Source: Chara braunii (Eukaryota > Plantae > Charophyceae). Taken from it: 64,000 nt of DNA. The position numbers were made by a program, and so were the translations under genes. Of this stretch, positions 49,341 through 63,803 are shown piece by piece. A model generated the notes under the pieces. That model was not told where the DNA came from. It searched no databases and saw only the letters and a program-made list of their open reading frames with translations. Positions within the stretch are counted from its first letter, which is position 1; the number at the start of each line of letters is the position of its first letter. The stretch covers positions 4,560,412-4,624,411 of the forward strand of contig BFEA01000001.1 of NCBI GenBank assembly GCA_003427395.1, written 5' to 3'.

Positions 49341-50139
49341 GCGATGATTACGCGGATGAAAGGATGATGAGGGATAAGGTGCGCAGAATTTTCCGGACAG
49401 AACATCCAAAATTCAAAATTTTACTATTTAGATCTGAAACCCGCAATTATAGGTCCGCACGTATTCATTGTACGGCATGCCAGATTCAGTCTGTCTTCCA
49501 AACGGAATGCGAGTGCTTGAATATTTCATGAAATTTCCTTTCGACGGGGAACTTGGTGAATACTCGACGCCTGGTGGCGACCCAACCACTTTTCCTGAGG
49601 GCAAAGTATCAATCAAAGCACAACAGGAAAACGAAGACACCCAGCCTATGAGGCTGAATGGTGCAGACAAACAACTGTTAGTAAAATAAACAGTTCCTGT
49701 GTTCGAACTCTGATGGAATCAAATGGATACTCACTGTCAGGCGCTATTATACTCTCTCAGAGAAGAAAAAGCAGGAAGACAAGTTTGGACACTGGCCAGC
49801 AGCAAGTAAGGAAGAACGCCGAGGTTGGAAGGGGTGGGTTCTATGAGCATCCAAAAAGAAAAGAAAGGAAAAGAAAAAAAGAAAAGAAAAGAAAAGAAAA
49901 GAAAAGAAAAGAAAAGAACAAAGGCCTTGCCTTCGGGACTGCACAAGTGCAATAGAAATCCGGAATCGTTTAACGAGATCACAATATGTGTCTACCACAG
50001 GCGTATCCACAAGTATCCCAACCTTCTTGGCCTTCCGCTCACAAGCAAGTCGACGAAACAATTAAGCAAAGAGGGAGGGACAAACGAAGCAATGTCCAGG
50101 AAGATGGTGGCGAACAATCTGGCTGACCTTTGGAATTGA
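49337..50139 (+). CDS. Candidate 3' part of a spliced gene of unknown function (exons ending 49378, 49453-49605, 49741-49805, 50001-50139)
   Basis: Three GT-AG introns with phase-consistent joins give a stop-free peptide of about 130 aa; 5' end abuts the minisatellite unit. Confidence 0.4.
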
Positions 50140-50499
50140 AGTGTCGGAGATGAACCCAGGGTGGATTAATTGTGTACACCAACTGATCTGAATTCTGCAC
50201 CGCTCCCCATCCCAGAGCATCCTTCCTGAAACCATACTCAAGGACCGTACCTAACAGTGGTAGCAAGCACTCACAGAGAAGGACGGACAGAAAAAGCAAG
50301 GGAGGAAGGAGAGGGGTGTGTTGCTGTCATTGTTGTTATGTGTGCTGGTGTCAGTGGTGAGTGTGTGTGTGTACGTGCGTGCACATGTGTGTGGGAGAGA
50401 GAGAGGAGGGTGTTGTTGTTGTAGTTGTGTGTGCTGGTGTGTGTTTTAGATTTTCACCAAAACAGCCCCTGTTCCACCCAGACGAGTATATATGTGTGC

Positions 50500-50588
<89 letters not shown>

Positions 50589-50791
50589 TCTCAAAAGAAA
50601 CAAACTCTCATTCCATCCACAAATCATGACAAACCATCCATGAAACAGAAAAAAGGTATGTGTAGGCAATATAGTAGAAGATGCAAGGTTGGCCACGGTT
50701 GTGTGGTTAAGTGCCTAGTGCCCACACATCTGTGATGGAAGCGGCACACTTGCACAAATCATATATGTATATTATAACCTACAAAAGGATA

Positions 50792-50861
<70 letters not shown>

Positions 50862-50927
50862 NNNNNNNNNNNNNNNNNNNNNNNNNNNNNNNNNNNNNNN
50901 NNNNNNNNNNNNNNNNNNNNNNNNNNN

Positions 50928-51009
<82 letters not shown>

Positions 51010-51877
51010 TGTGAGTTATTCTGAACAGCTGCATCAATAAGATCACTGTGATTTAAGATGAGGAGCTGACTAAATATAGTGTGTCACTTGTGTCCATTTT
51101 TTTCTTTTTTTTCTTTTTTTCTTTGACTCTGATGGACCACGGATCCGATATTAAACTGACCAATTTAGCACGATTGAAATGCAACAATATCCTTGGTCTG
51201 TTGTTGATTGGATGAGGTCTCATGGAGACAAGCAAAGGAGTACTAGAAAGGACAGCAGCGGAATGTGGAGTAGGATAAGAAGAAGAAAGGAGAACAGTAG
51301 AAGGGGGTAATGCATAGAAGGAGCAGAAGAAGGGGCAGGAGATGGCAAAGACAGGGACGACACCGGTGATGAGGAAGACAAATAAGAGGAGAGGGGTCTC
51401 AGTTGGTGAACGAAAGGAAGACATGGTAAATCAGCCCACAGCAAGCGAGATTACTGACACAAATGATGAGAATGGTCTTCAAATTTTGAAGAAAAGGAAT
51501 GCACTGACAAAATCCTCGCAGCAACAGCATTTGCTGGCCCCCATATCTTCCCATGAAGGCACTCTGATCAACAGGAGATAGAAGCTACACCTGCTGGTGG
51601 CAGGGGGGCATGCAGATCTGGCCTTGTCTAAACCAGGGAGGTAGGCTTATCAGAGCCGACAGGATCAGTACACGGAGAGGTAACAATGCATGGAACTCCA
51701 GTGGGCCTTCTCTCATCCCTGATCGGTAAAATGTTAGGGGAAGCCCGTTTTAAAGCTGAAATTGTTAAAATTATTGAAGCACAGCTGTCGCCTGGGGGCT
51801 CCGTTGTGCTTATCCTATCTGCTGATGCTCATCAATAAGAATAAAAAGATGAGGAAATAACAAAAATTGACTATTTA

Positions 51878-52749
51878 TTAGAATTTCATATTCCCCAGGG
51901 CACCCACCGTCCCAGTCTCAGCAATCCAGTACTTCATCCTTTTAAGGACGACTGCCTTAGACGGTTTGCCCCTCCATCCTTCTAGTGTGAGGCCACCTTG
52001 TGGCACCGTGGCTCCATTTCGTGTATCTTGCTGAGGAGGTCTCATCCCTATCACCCACTCCCCTTTTTCCTTCCCTCGGGTGAGCGGGATGATGACCACC
52101 CCCGGAGGCATTTCGCTTCGTGTGTTTCCATCGTCTTCGAGTCGCACCATCTCCCCCCGTTTTTTTGGGGGGGGGTCTGTGCCCGAGTCGCTGTCCGCGG
52201 AGTCTTCGTCATCATGTATTATCCTGACCTTGCGGTTTCGGTGGCGGAGCGGGGCTGCTGGCACGATTTCCGTGGAGTGCTTTGTCTGGTGGGGGGGGGG
52301 AGAGGGGGGGTGTGACTGTTCCTCATGCTGAGCGGGGTGCTGTTTGGCAAGTGCCATTTGGCCCTTATCCTGGTGGTCATTACGTTGGGGCAGCGAATGA
52401 AAAGTTGTGCAAAGCTCGTGAACTGTACCTTTGGCCATGCGAGACCTTCGTGGACGAATGCATCTTCCGGGGAGTCAGGGGAGTCTCGCCGACCCCCGAT
52501 GTCGCAGACCGTTTTCCCCTTAAAGCGCATGTTGGCATAGCTCTTGATTTTGTCCAGAAAGTCATTGACCACCAGGACAATGGCTGCCCCCACATCCATC
52601 CAGTCTATGTCCGAGATGACCTTATACTTTTCCACTGTGGCCAATACCCGCGGACTATACATCAACACCCTTTTGGCCTCCCCCCAGAATCTGTTACCCA
52701 ATCTGTCTGCTGGACTCTCAACAAGGTCCTGGCATTCATGCAGATCCTG
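51878..52749 (-). pseudogene. Antisense, frameshifted protein-like ORF immediately upstream of LINE ORF2
   Basis: Overlapping minus ORFs 52219-52701 and 51878-52438 could join at the poly-G tract near 52290. Confidence 0.3.
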
Positions 52750-53049
52750 TTAGAGGAGAATGTGCTGGAAGAGCATAACACATGGGATGACCCCTTGGCT
52801 GTGCTCCCACTCAAGACAGTGAACTGAAGCACAAAACAGCCACATTGACACACACCATACATAGATTGAATGTCGGACCGACATCTGCTCCCCTGATCTG
52901 TAGAACCACCGCCTGGCCAGAGTCAGGACATTCAGCCGCCCCACCCGTCGCACAACGGGCCACAGCCAACTGCTCAACCGCCGCAACGCCCGCCCTCCCC
53001 GCCGTTTTTTCCCCGTGTCAGGAAGCCACCCCAGTGGGCTGCGAAATTG

Positions 53050-56000
53050 GCCCGAGCGGACATAGATATCCGCTCACTCAATGTCAACGGACTAATCCAA
53101 GCATCGGTGGACAAGAAGGATGCTATCTAGAATATGCTGAAATGCCAGGTCACAGGAAGATGGCCGGATGCGGTGTGTGTCCAAGAAACACACCTGCGAG
53201 ACACACCGCCGCATGCAGCAAAAGCTAAATTGATCTGGCCATACACAATTTATGCAGCACCGGCGACACAGAGGGCATCAGCGGGTGTGGCAATCGGGCT
53301 TCCGCCCGCCTCTAGACTTAAGCCCATCTCATATGACTATGACCGCCACCATGGAAGATGGGTGTGCCTCAAAGTTGAGTATGAAGAAGAGGAGTTCTAC
53401 CTGGTCAACATATATGCACCCAATGACCCGACCGACAGGGTGGACTTCTGGATTACCCTTCTTCAAAACCTCCCGGATGATGCCCCGCTCATAGTTGCTG
53501 GTGATTTCAACACAACGCCTGACCCGGTGATGGACAGGAGATCGTCCTCACAAAGCGACACACCCTCGGATTCCTCGCAGCCCATCCCTGGCCCGGACAT
53601 CCTCATGCTCCATCAGTTTATGATAGACAAAGGCCTCGAAGACGTGTACAGGACACTGCACCCGTCTCAAGGAGCCTACACATGCTTTTCAGCTAGAGGC
53701 GACCGTGGCCTTGCTAGCTCTAGGATCGACCTTGTGTTAGTGTTGATGACCTGCAGGGGCTGGTCACCACAACCGAGATTGCTACAGCCAGCCCATGCAG
53801 GTCGTTCGACCATAGGATGATTACTTTGGGACTGTCCTTTCACAACCACATCCAAAGAGGGATGGGGTTTTACAAATTTAATTCCTCCCTGTTGCCCCTG
53901 CAGCGATTTAAAGACATGGTCAAAGAATTTTGGCTCTATTGGCAGACTCAAAAACTGCAGTCGGGGAACAAGGTCGATTGGTTCAATAAGGGCATAGCAC
54001 AGCTCAGAGACAGGGTCAATAAATTTTATGTTCAGCACGCGAGAGACCGGAGGGCTACCCTTGACAACCTCATGCAACAACTCGAGAGTTGGGATGAGCA
54101 ACTTATGGAGGACCTGCTGCACCGCCCGACCTACGAGAGCATGCAACAAGCGCGAGACTACCTCCAAGCCTATATAGAACAACAGGCTCAGGCTTGGAGA
54201 ATCCACGCTAGAATTAAAAAGGAACACACTGACGGCACGATGGCCAAGACCTTCTTCAAAAAGGCAAAGGCCAGATCAAGAGCAGCAACGGTACCGCAGT
54301 TGAAGCACCCGCTCAATGACTGTGCCCCGGTGGCCACCGATGCCTACACTATAATAGACTATGCCTCCCAGTATTACCGAAATCTGTTCACATCGCAAAC
54401 TCCCCAAAAACACCCGGACGAGGTTGTGCAGGCAAGGGAATCATTGCTGCAGGCCATCCAATCACGCCTCACCCCTGCGCAAAAAGCGGAACTGGACATC
54501 GACCTGTCCTCCCACAAGATTTGGGAGGCCTTGCAAGGAATGGAAGACGAAAAGACCCCCGACATAGACTCTTTTCCCAAAGAATTCTGGGTGGCCTTTT
54601 GGGACCTCCTCTCTGATGATCTCATGGACTATGTTACAACTGTGCAGAGGGAAGGATCATTCGGAGGTATGATAGGGGAGGGAGTCACCACACTTCTTAA
54701 TAAGAAAGGGGACAGGGAGGACATTAGAAATTACAGACCGATTACTCTCCTCCCGGTCCCATACAAGCTGGTGTCTAAGGCCCTCACCAACAGGTTGCTG
54801 CCGATGATGAACATGCTGATCCATCCTGATCGATCGGGCTTCATGCCCAATCGAAATATCCAAGACAACATTCTCCTCGTCAACGAGACTATTAAATACG
54901 CCCGGCAACGCAAGGTCCAAGCGACGATCTTGTTCATTGATTTCGAAAAGGCGTACGATCACGTTGACTGGGACTTCTTGGATATGTGTTTGATTAAAAT
55001 GAACTTCGGCCCTACCTTTTGCCGCTGGGTACAGATCCTCCATAGGACTGCGACCACAAACATAATGTTAAATGGTCACCTGTCGCCGCCGATCCGGCTC
55101 CAAAGATCGGTCAGACAAGGAGATCCGATAGCGCCACTACTTTTTGTTATTGTTATGGAGGCTTTCGCTTCGCTTATCAGAGCACACCCCCTCATCGGTA
55201 AAATACCGATTCCAGATCTCGCGGAGCATCTTATCTCGGTCACATCACTGTTTGATGATGACCTCACCGTGCTCATTAAGGTAGACGCGGCCAGTTTACA
55301 TGCGGGTCGAAAACACAAGGTTGGTGGCTCCACCCCCAAGGACAGCCACCCCCCCCCGAACCAAGTGTCGCATGGGCGGCCCGGGAAGAGGCCATACGGA
55401 TCTTGGGAGTGAGACTGACGGCGGTGGGGCCCCCGCCGGATCATGGCGACGCATTGGTCAACATGGCGGTGGATCGGCTGGGTAGATGGGAGGGGCTACA
55501 TACATCTCTGGTGGGCCGGGCCCTGGCCATTAACAATGCAGTGCTAGCGGCCATCTAGTACAAACTAGCAGTATGACCGTTGAAACCTCAACAATATACA
55601 AGGCTGAGAAAAACACTCACGACCTACCTGTGGAAGAACAGTGCTGACTCCCATGACTGTATGAGTAGGGTCAGCTGGGATATCCTCACCCAACCAAGAG
55701 TCGTAGGGGGATTGGGGATACTGGACCCCGAATGGGAAAGTGAGGCCCTGATTTTCAAAACTCTCATTGGCAACGATATCCCATGGGGTCCCTTAGCCTG
55801 TCTGCAGATAGCTGACCTCGCCCCGCAGACAGCCGCAACAGCGTGGGTACACCCGTTTAGATGGCTCACTAACTCCCACTGGTCGATACCCGGCCCCCCA
55901 CAGCAACCACAAACCAACACCCCGACACAGGCCACCAGGCTGGATATTCCCCTTGATCCGCTGTGGCCGAACATGCTTAAGCTCTGGAGAAAAAGGGGTC

Positions 56001-58580
56001 CAAAGTTAAAACGCCCACCGAACCGCTGGCACAATGTGTAGAGACAGCCCTTATTTGGTAACCCCTATATCCTTGACGGTGCAGGCATGCCCTTCTCCCT
56101 CGCCTCTAACTCGCCATGGCTTACCTAGGCAAAGAAGGGGGTCTTTACTGTCGGGGACCTGTGGGATCCGATAAGAGAGGACTGGGCGACCACAGATCAG
56201 CTGCAGTACAGACTGAAACACGCCAAATCGGTAGAAGCTAATGCCTGTCAGTTAAGGGAGGCCATCCCGCTGGCCTGGCGCCTGGCCCTCAAAAGGGGAC
56301 CGTCGGTTCAAAAAAACGACTGGGTGGCCAAATTAGCAGACCAAACCCGACCTCATGTAGTTTACAGAGTTCACCGAATTATGGACGGCCGCTGTGAGTT
56401 GGAGGCCTACCAATCCCAAATTTGGAACGCCAGGTTCTCCCAAATTGTTAGGACTGACGACCTAGACATCACTAACGACTGGGGACCGCTTATGCAAGTA
56501 AGGGTGGTGGGTGACAGCGAAAATGGATACCACGTCTACAAACCGTCCACACCGGTGGCGAGGCTGCAGTTCGACCCGGACGAATGGGAATGGCCCGGGC
56601 GCAAACCTATGAACTTCTGAGAATATACGGTTAAAGGGGCCTATCGAGCCTCATGCCCGGATCTGCCCCTTGACCAAATCATAACTCACAGATGGGAAAG
56701 GGACTCGCCGCTGGAGGCGCAACTGACGCACAATCTGTCGTGGGCCAACTATTCAAAGATTATGCCAACAAACTTCAGGTTCCTTCAATGGCAGATTCTG
56801 CACCGATGCCTCCCCACCCCCGACTGGTTGGTGTCAAGGACGAACTTGGAACAGAAGGGACTGCTGTCCTCCATTTGCTCCTACTGTGGCAGAGCAACGC
56901 CGCCGGCCAGAGCAACACTGGAACATTGTCTGTTGGCATGCCCAATTGTCACCCAGATATGGCGATGGTGGGATGCGGCGTTCCACTTCCTCACAGGCTA
57001 TCACATTCCTTGGGACTTGGGTCTTCTCCTTCTTGGTAAAAACCGGCAGTTGCTGGCTCGGTGGCCTCCCTATGCTGCCAACCTCTTCGCCTACATGCGC
57101 CCCTTTGTGTTGATGCTCACATGGCGAGGTGCGCCTTCGAAAGAAAGGACCATCAGTTTGGCCTGCAGCAAGCGCAGCAGGCAGTGGAGGATGAAATCAG
57201 AGCCCGAACGCATGAAGCATGGAAAGAAATGAAATGGGCGTGCCAAGAGGAAAAGGAACAGGCTGCCAAGGAAACAATAATTTTGACAAGCATAGAAAGA
57301 AATGAAACGGGCGTGCCGAGAGGAAAAGGAACAGGCTGCCAAGGAAACAATAATTTTGACCTACCGCCAACTATGGCAGGATCCAAACATCAGATTCTGA
57401 GAACTGACGGACAGCCTGGACATCCGATGGAAACCGTGGAGGTCCACAAAAGCAACCTGGGAGAGGAGACCACTCGACTCTTTCGAGGTCCCCTACCTCC
57501 CCACGAACTTCGTGCTTGTATCAGACGACTCCCCGGCCCCCCCAGCGCCTCCCTCCCTTCCCCAGTTTTGGCCCTCCCCATCCTCCCTCCCGGCTCCCTC
57601 CCTCATCCCTGATGGCCCCCCCGTTACGGACCGACCATAGCCTGACGAGCTGCTCACAGAAGACGACGACAACACATAACAGGACTGCGACATGTGGTGG
57701 TCAGCATGTTACGACGGAATGGGCCAATCGGCTGATGGAATGGTGTGGGCTAAGGAGTCATCACCCCGGGACTGGGAGTGGATCACTGGGCACCGCAAAC
57801 GACAACGGGTCTGGGAGTGGTTCATTGGGCACCGCAAACGACAACGCCAGGGACCTGACAGGGGTCTATGCACTGTTGTGCCGTGCTACTGCCCGGACGA
57901 GTTGCAGATTGCAAATGGCGGCTGCTGGTCGTCATGCATTTAGGCTCTAACCACAAGGTTTTATAAGTTGTTCTCTATGTTGGTTATGAGTGACTAGGGG
58001 CCTTGAGATATCAGGCCAACATAACAACTCTGATTTCTGGCTCCCTGTTCTGAAATGTTAAGGGACGCTGGACCCGGTTTCCAGCAGGTGCAGCTCCCCA
58101 CCAANNNNNNNNNNNNNNNNNNNNNNNNNNNNNNNNNNNNNNNNNNNNNNNNNNNNNNNNNNNNNNNNNNNNNNNNNNNNNNNNNNNNNNNNNNNNNNNN
58201 NNNNNNNNNNNNNNNNNNNNNNNNNNNNNNNNNNNNNNNNNNNNNNNNNNNNNNNNNNNNNNNNNNNNNNNNNNNNNNNNNNNNNNNNNNNNNNNNNNNN
58301 NNNNNNNNNNNNNNNNNNNNNNNNNNNNNNNNNNNNNNNNNNNNNNNNNNNNNNNNNNNNNNNNNNNNNNNNNNNNNNNNNNNNNNNNNNNNNNCATAAC
58401 AACTCTGATTTCTGGCTCCCTGTTCTGAAATGTTAAGGGACGCTGGACCCGGTTTCCAGCAGGTGCAGCTCCCCACCAATGGAACGGAGCCATTCGCAAA
58501 CAGCAGGTGTAGAGGGGGTGTCTGCTCTTACCAGCACCCCCCCTACGCTCGAATGCGATGTTTTCTTAAAAAAAAAAAAA
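53050..58580 (+). mobile_element. Near full-length L1/Tx1-type LINE ORF2 (APE-RT-CCHC plus extension) with 3' UTR, module and polyA; pseudogenised
   Basis: SLNVNGL, VCVQETH, NIYAP, AGDFN, SRIDLV, NYRPITLL, DFEKAYDHVDW, VRQGDPIAP, LFDDDL, GGLG, CSYC..TLEHCLLACP; several stops and frameshifts. Confidence 0.95.
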
Positions 58581-58934
58581 GAAGGATTTCTGCTAAGGAT
58601 GTGTTCCTTAGATATGAGCACACACGGGCAGTTAACTTACGCTGGTTCACTCAAGACACGCAAGTAGAGCTCCAGCAACTGAAGGTCGAGGCAGGTGACT
58701 TCTGGACAAAGGTTGATGTCACGATCTTGCTCTCCCGCCTCCTAAACAATGGACATACCTTACTAGATCAAGGCGGTAAGTTGGACTCTAAAAATTGGTT
58801 CACCTTGTGAGCCACTCCACTTGCAACCTATGGGAAAATTGACAAGATAAAAGAACAACTTTGAATAAGTAACAATGAAAGGTACAAATGTGTTGGAGGT
58901 GCTATACAACAGGAATAAGGATTGGAGCAACAAA

Positions 58935-61900
58935 CCTAGACCTTTTGTCACTCAATGTAAATGGTTTAGCGTCGGCCAAACAACAAAAACGCCAGACAAT
59001 CTACGAGCAATTGACAGGACTGGAAGGTAGGGAATGACCTGACGTCATCTGTATACAGGAAACACACTTTATGGATAATGCAGACCATCATCACACCCAC
59101 AAACAGATTTGGCCCCACCAAACCTTCAGGGCACACACGCCCAGGTCAGGTAGTGTAGGAGTAGCAATCTGGCTGGTATTCCTCTTGGCTATGTTGGAGA
59201 TTGAAGTGGTGACAATTTTGTGTGTATATGGTCTTAATGACGTAGGAGAAAGATGTCGATTCTTTGAATCCCTGAGGGGTCGTCTGCCCATCGGTATTCC
59301 AGTGGTGATGGCAGGAGACTTGAGACAGATGGACCACTGCCAGACCCCCCCCCTGTCCACAATACGTAGAAAGGGATGAGCAAAGAATTGAAGGACTATG
59401 GCAGTCTCTCAACCTCTTTGATGCATACAAACATTTTTCCCTACAAAACACATGTTCATATGTTTCAGGAAGAGCCTAACAATGAAAGCATTGAAATCTC
59501 GCATAGATCTCATACTTTTATGAGAAGAACTGGAATGTGCTCTTCAAATAGCAGAGATCTTCCTCCGTAGTGTCGTCCCTGGCCTTGATCATACTATGAC
59601 TGCAACTTTGCTTTCTTTTAGAAAAAAGTCGGATCAAGGTAAAAGTTTCTATAAATTAAATGCATCCCTCTTGAGCATTAATTGTTTCAAAGTATACCTA
59701 CACGGTGTTTGGTCCTTCTGGGAGAGCAAAGGGAAGAAATAAAGGTCGATATACAATGGTTCAACAACGGCCTAATGTTTTTGGGTTGTAAATGCAATGA
59801 ATATTCAAAATTGCTTGCTGGCAACGGCATCGAGAGGAAACAGATCTACAAAAAACAACTTCACCAACTTTAAAAACAAGAAGAGGATTCGGTGAATGAA
59901 CCTTAACTAACCGAGATTACCAAAATAATCAGTGACTTGGAGTCCAAATTATTAAAATATATGAAACATCGTTGGCAAAGGATCAGAATTAGAGGTAAGT
60001 TAAAAGTACATAACACCGAGGGGTTGATGGATGCGAGATTTTTGCCACAGCAAGAGCCAGACCATCATTGAAACTTTCACGGACCCCTAAGGAAACCAAC
60101 ATTCGATAGTCACCTCAACAATTATATGTACAAAAATAGCAAGAGACTTCTATAAAAACTCTCTTTACATTAGAATGTAAACAACAACCGAGGGAACAAA
60201 GACTTAAAAAGGTAGAAATTTTTCTTGAACTACTAACTAAATCATTAACAAACCAACAAAAAACGATGTTTGAAAGTGCACTCACAAAGGAAGAAATCTG
60301 GTTTGCCCTTATCATGATGGAGGAGGAAAAAACTTCAGAAATTGATGATCTACCAAAAGAATTTTGGGAAGCCATGTGGGATTACCTAGCTCATGACCTA
60401 ATGGAGTTTTATCTCGCAGTCTGGACCTCAGGTACAATGGGGGAGATAGTTGGATAAGGGGTATTAAACCTATTATACAGAAAGGAGATGAAGAAAACAT
60501 TTGTAATTGCAGACTGATTACTCTTCTCACAGTAATATACAAGCTGACAGCAAAAACACTCGCAAACTGTGTATTGAAAGTCATTACTGACATCATTCAT
60601 CCTACTCAAACGGGCTTTATTGAAGGTAGGAACATTCAATACAATATCTTACTAATGAATGATTTAGTTAAACTCTCTAGACAATCTAAGCACAACGCAA
60701 CTTTCATTTTCATAGACTTTGAAAAAAACTATGATCATGTTGAGTGATTCTTTTTATATAAATGTCAAGAAAAAAAAGTTTAACTTTGGTCTGTGCTTTA
60801 GAAGATGGATTGAGATCCTACATTCAAATGCTACAACTAGAGTTATGATAAATAGCAACCTAACTTCACCTATCAAGTTGGAACATTTTGTGAGGTAGGG
60901 AGATCCAATTGCTCCCTTTCTCTTTGTCATCATGATGGAAGCCTTAGCGGGCAACTTTAGATGTAACAAAGACATTAAACATATCCAAGTCAGGTACATT
61001 CCAGAGGAAACTATACTTGTCTGCTCCTTATTCCAGATGACCTATCCTTGATGGTGGAAACCTCTCACCAAAATTTGATAGTGATTAAGAGACTGATGGA
61101 CAAATTATGCTCCCTCTCAGAAATGAAGATCAATTGGGGTACAAAAACACGAGGTTGGTGGATACACCATCGGAAGTAAGACCTCCAGAATATCCAAATA
61201 TCAATTGGTTGACAGGAGCAACCCCAATTAGGGTGTTGGGGATCTCACTCTCAGCAAAAGGTAAACCAACTTTAGCCAAATTCGAACTGTGGAAGGATAA
61301 ACGAACCTCTATTATAGGACGTTTGCTGGTTGTAAATAATGTTATTCTAGCCTCACTTTGATACAAGTCTACAATATGGGCATAGGACAAATTGGCGCTT
61401 AAACCTCTACAAAGACAAATAACAGTCTACCTATGGAGAGGTAATCATGATTACAAAAACGTCATAAGTAGAGTGGTCTGAGAGAGAGTAATTCAACCTA
61501 AGGCAAAAGGGGGGTTAGGAATCTTAGATCCTTCCACTTAAGCCATGTTGCATCCTATCGAATGGGTCAAACGACTACTTTTCAACCCAGAGACTCCTTG
61601 GTTAGCTCTAGCCGAAGAACAGATCTCGAGACTAGCCCTTGAAGTGTCAGAGGGGCCATATCTGTTGAGATGGCTAGAAAATCGATATTGGTTTATCCCA
61701 AGAGGTAGAGCACAACCCTCAAGCCAGCCAACGAAGCCACATTGTCATGCCACAAAAATGAACAGTAAAAATGACTCTTTTTGGTCAGATCTTCTCAAGA
61801 CTTGATGCAAACTACCCTTACCGAATAAAATCCCCCCAAACCGATGGGAAGAGGTCTGTTGACAACCCTTTTTCATTGATGGATTCTCCCTGAAGGAGTT

Positions 61901-63496
61901 GGGTTAAAAATGGGGTCCTAAGGATTGGGGACATCTGGAACCCAGGAACTCGGGATTGGTACTCTCAATCTGATCTCTTGCATAACTTGCGTTATTGCAA
62001 GAGAATAGCAAGAGCACTAGATACATTTACTAAAGCTATCTCGATAGAATGGATAAGGAGCCTCAGAAAAGGACCCCAACTCAAAAAAAGTTATTGGGTG
62101 GGTATCCAGGGAAGTCCCTAACAAATAGGAAACTTGGCAGTGGTGAATGACGAGGGATCAATTCTACTCTCCTTGTTCTCAATTAACCAGAACGATCAGC
62201 TAAAGGAATGTCATACTAAGGAAGCCAAATAGATCAACGTCGACCATATGTTTAGGATTAGAGTTTTGAGATATAAAGACCATTGATTGCTTTCAAACCA
62301 TCATGTGCAATTAATAAACTGACACTAGATCCAATCTATTCGTCATGGACGGTCCCTCTGGGGAAACGCGGAAAGTGCACTCGCAATATCCACTCCCTAA
62401 CGATTAGATAAACTCTGGATTTGAAGGATCGAGGTTTAAGATTTGAAGGATCGAGTAGAAACTGGGCAGATGAAACATCTAAATGTAAGTAAGGAAGATC
62501 TTAGACATGTGAAGTGGTTCAAAACTATTAAGATCAAGCCGACAACAAATTCCTCTTTACAGTGGCAAATCGACAATCAATGCCTTCCCACGAATGATTG
62601 GTTAATAGATAGGACCTTGTTGGAGGAGAAAGGCGTTGCTCTACCTTCGTGTAAGTTATGCTCCTCTGCATTCCCATTTAAGACCATTCCGGAAGCCATC
62701 GAGCACATCTTTCCTCAATGTCCAGGTGCAGTCTGGCTATGGCGATGGTGGGATACGATTTGGAGTTCCTTTAATACCCCTCTGACTTGGCCTTGCGAGT
62801 GACAAACTCTGTTATGTGAGACCTGGCCTCCAGACCATGATTTCTCCCATAAATTATTTATAACTGGTAGAAGAGCCATCCTCTGGACCCTCTAGCAACG
62901 TCGCTGTACTTTTGAAATGGAGGGAGCTAGGCTGGATGACCCATATTTTACAGAGGTAATCAAGCTGCAAGTGCAGCCAGTTATCACAACTCAATGAGAC
63001 AAAGTAAAAGAAAAATTCTAATTCCTGCCGACTAAGAAAGAAATCCAACAACACATCCAACTATGCAATGGCGCTTGGCTAGGGGCCCCTCAAGGAGGCA
63101 AGATTGGACAGATCAAAGAGAGTGGGGTCAGGAGAGAGAACATGGGAGAGCAAAGCGAGGAAATTCAAAGGGACTACCGCGTGACATTCCACGATTGGAC
63201 AAATGTGGACCCAACAGTACCCCTTCACCCTCTATCAGAGTTCCCAGATCCCTTCCCCCCCTCCTCATTATCCCTGGTCCCCATGAGTTGGTATGGCTGT
63301 GCATGAGGAGGAGATGTTTGGTGGCTCTATTATTTTTGTTGTAGGGCTGCTAGTATTGTCTTGTGAAGGCTGGTACTTAGTCAATGGGTAAAAAGGACTC
63401 GACACAAGCTCTTTGTCAGGATAAAAGGTTTTGATCTCCTTTGAAGTCGCATTATCATTAGTAGCATTAGTTTCTCCTTCATAAAAAAAAAAAAAG
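58935..63496 (+). pseudogene. Highly decayed L1/Tx1-type LINE ORF2
   Basis: SLNVNGL, VICIQETH, MAGDL, LPKEFWE, FIDFEK, GDPIAPFLF, GGLG, CKLC..AIEHIFPQCP and the C-terminal DPFPP motif; many stops. Confidence 0.9.
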
Positions 63497-63607
63497 AAAC
63501 GGAAATTGCAAGTCTAGCTAGCTCATGCCATAAAACTTAAGATAATACCAGATCTTAATTGTTTTATCTAGCGCCCTTCTGCTGAGGGTGAAGAGGTACA
63601 GGAGTGT

Positions 63608-63661
63608 GCTCGATTCTATTGGTGGGACGCTACACCTGTTGGAAAACGGGTCCAGCGTCCC
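63608..63661 (-). other. Degenerate 3' module copy on the minus strand
   Basis: Reverse complement gggacgctggacccgttttccaacaggtgtagcgtcccaccaatagaatcgagc. Confidence 0.7.
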
Positions 63662-63803
63662 TGATACTCATTAATCATGTCTTTTGATAAACATCAAACA
63701 TCACTTAGTGTGGAGTAGGCCTTGCGCCCCTTATGCACTTTGCAACAACAACATCATCATCATCACCAACTTATAGCATCAGAGCATTTGTAGATGTTAA
63801 GAT

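Noticed and set aside
53817-55412. Active reverse transcriptase gene
   Set aside because: Catalytic motif reads FDDD, and the ORF is frameshifted from the endonuclease and broken downstream
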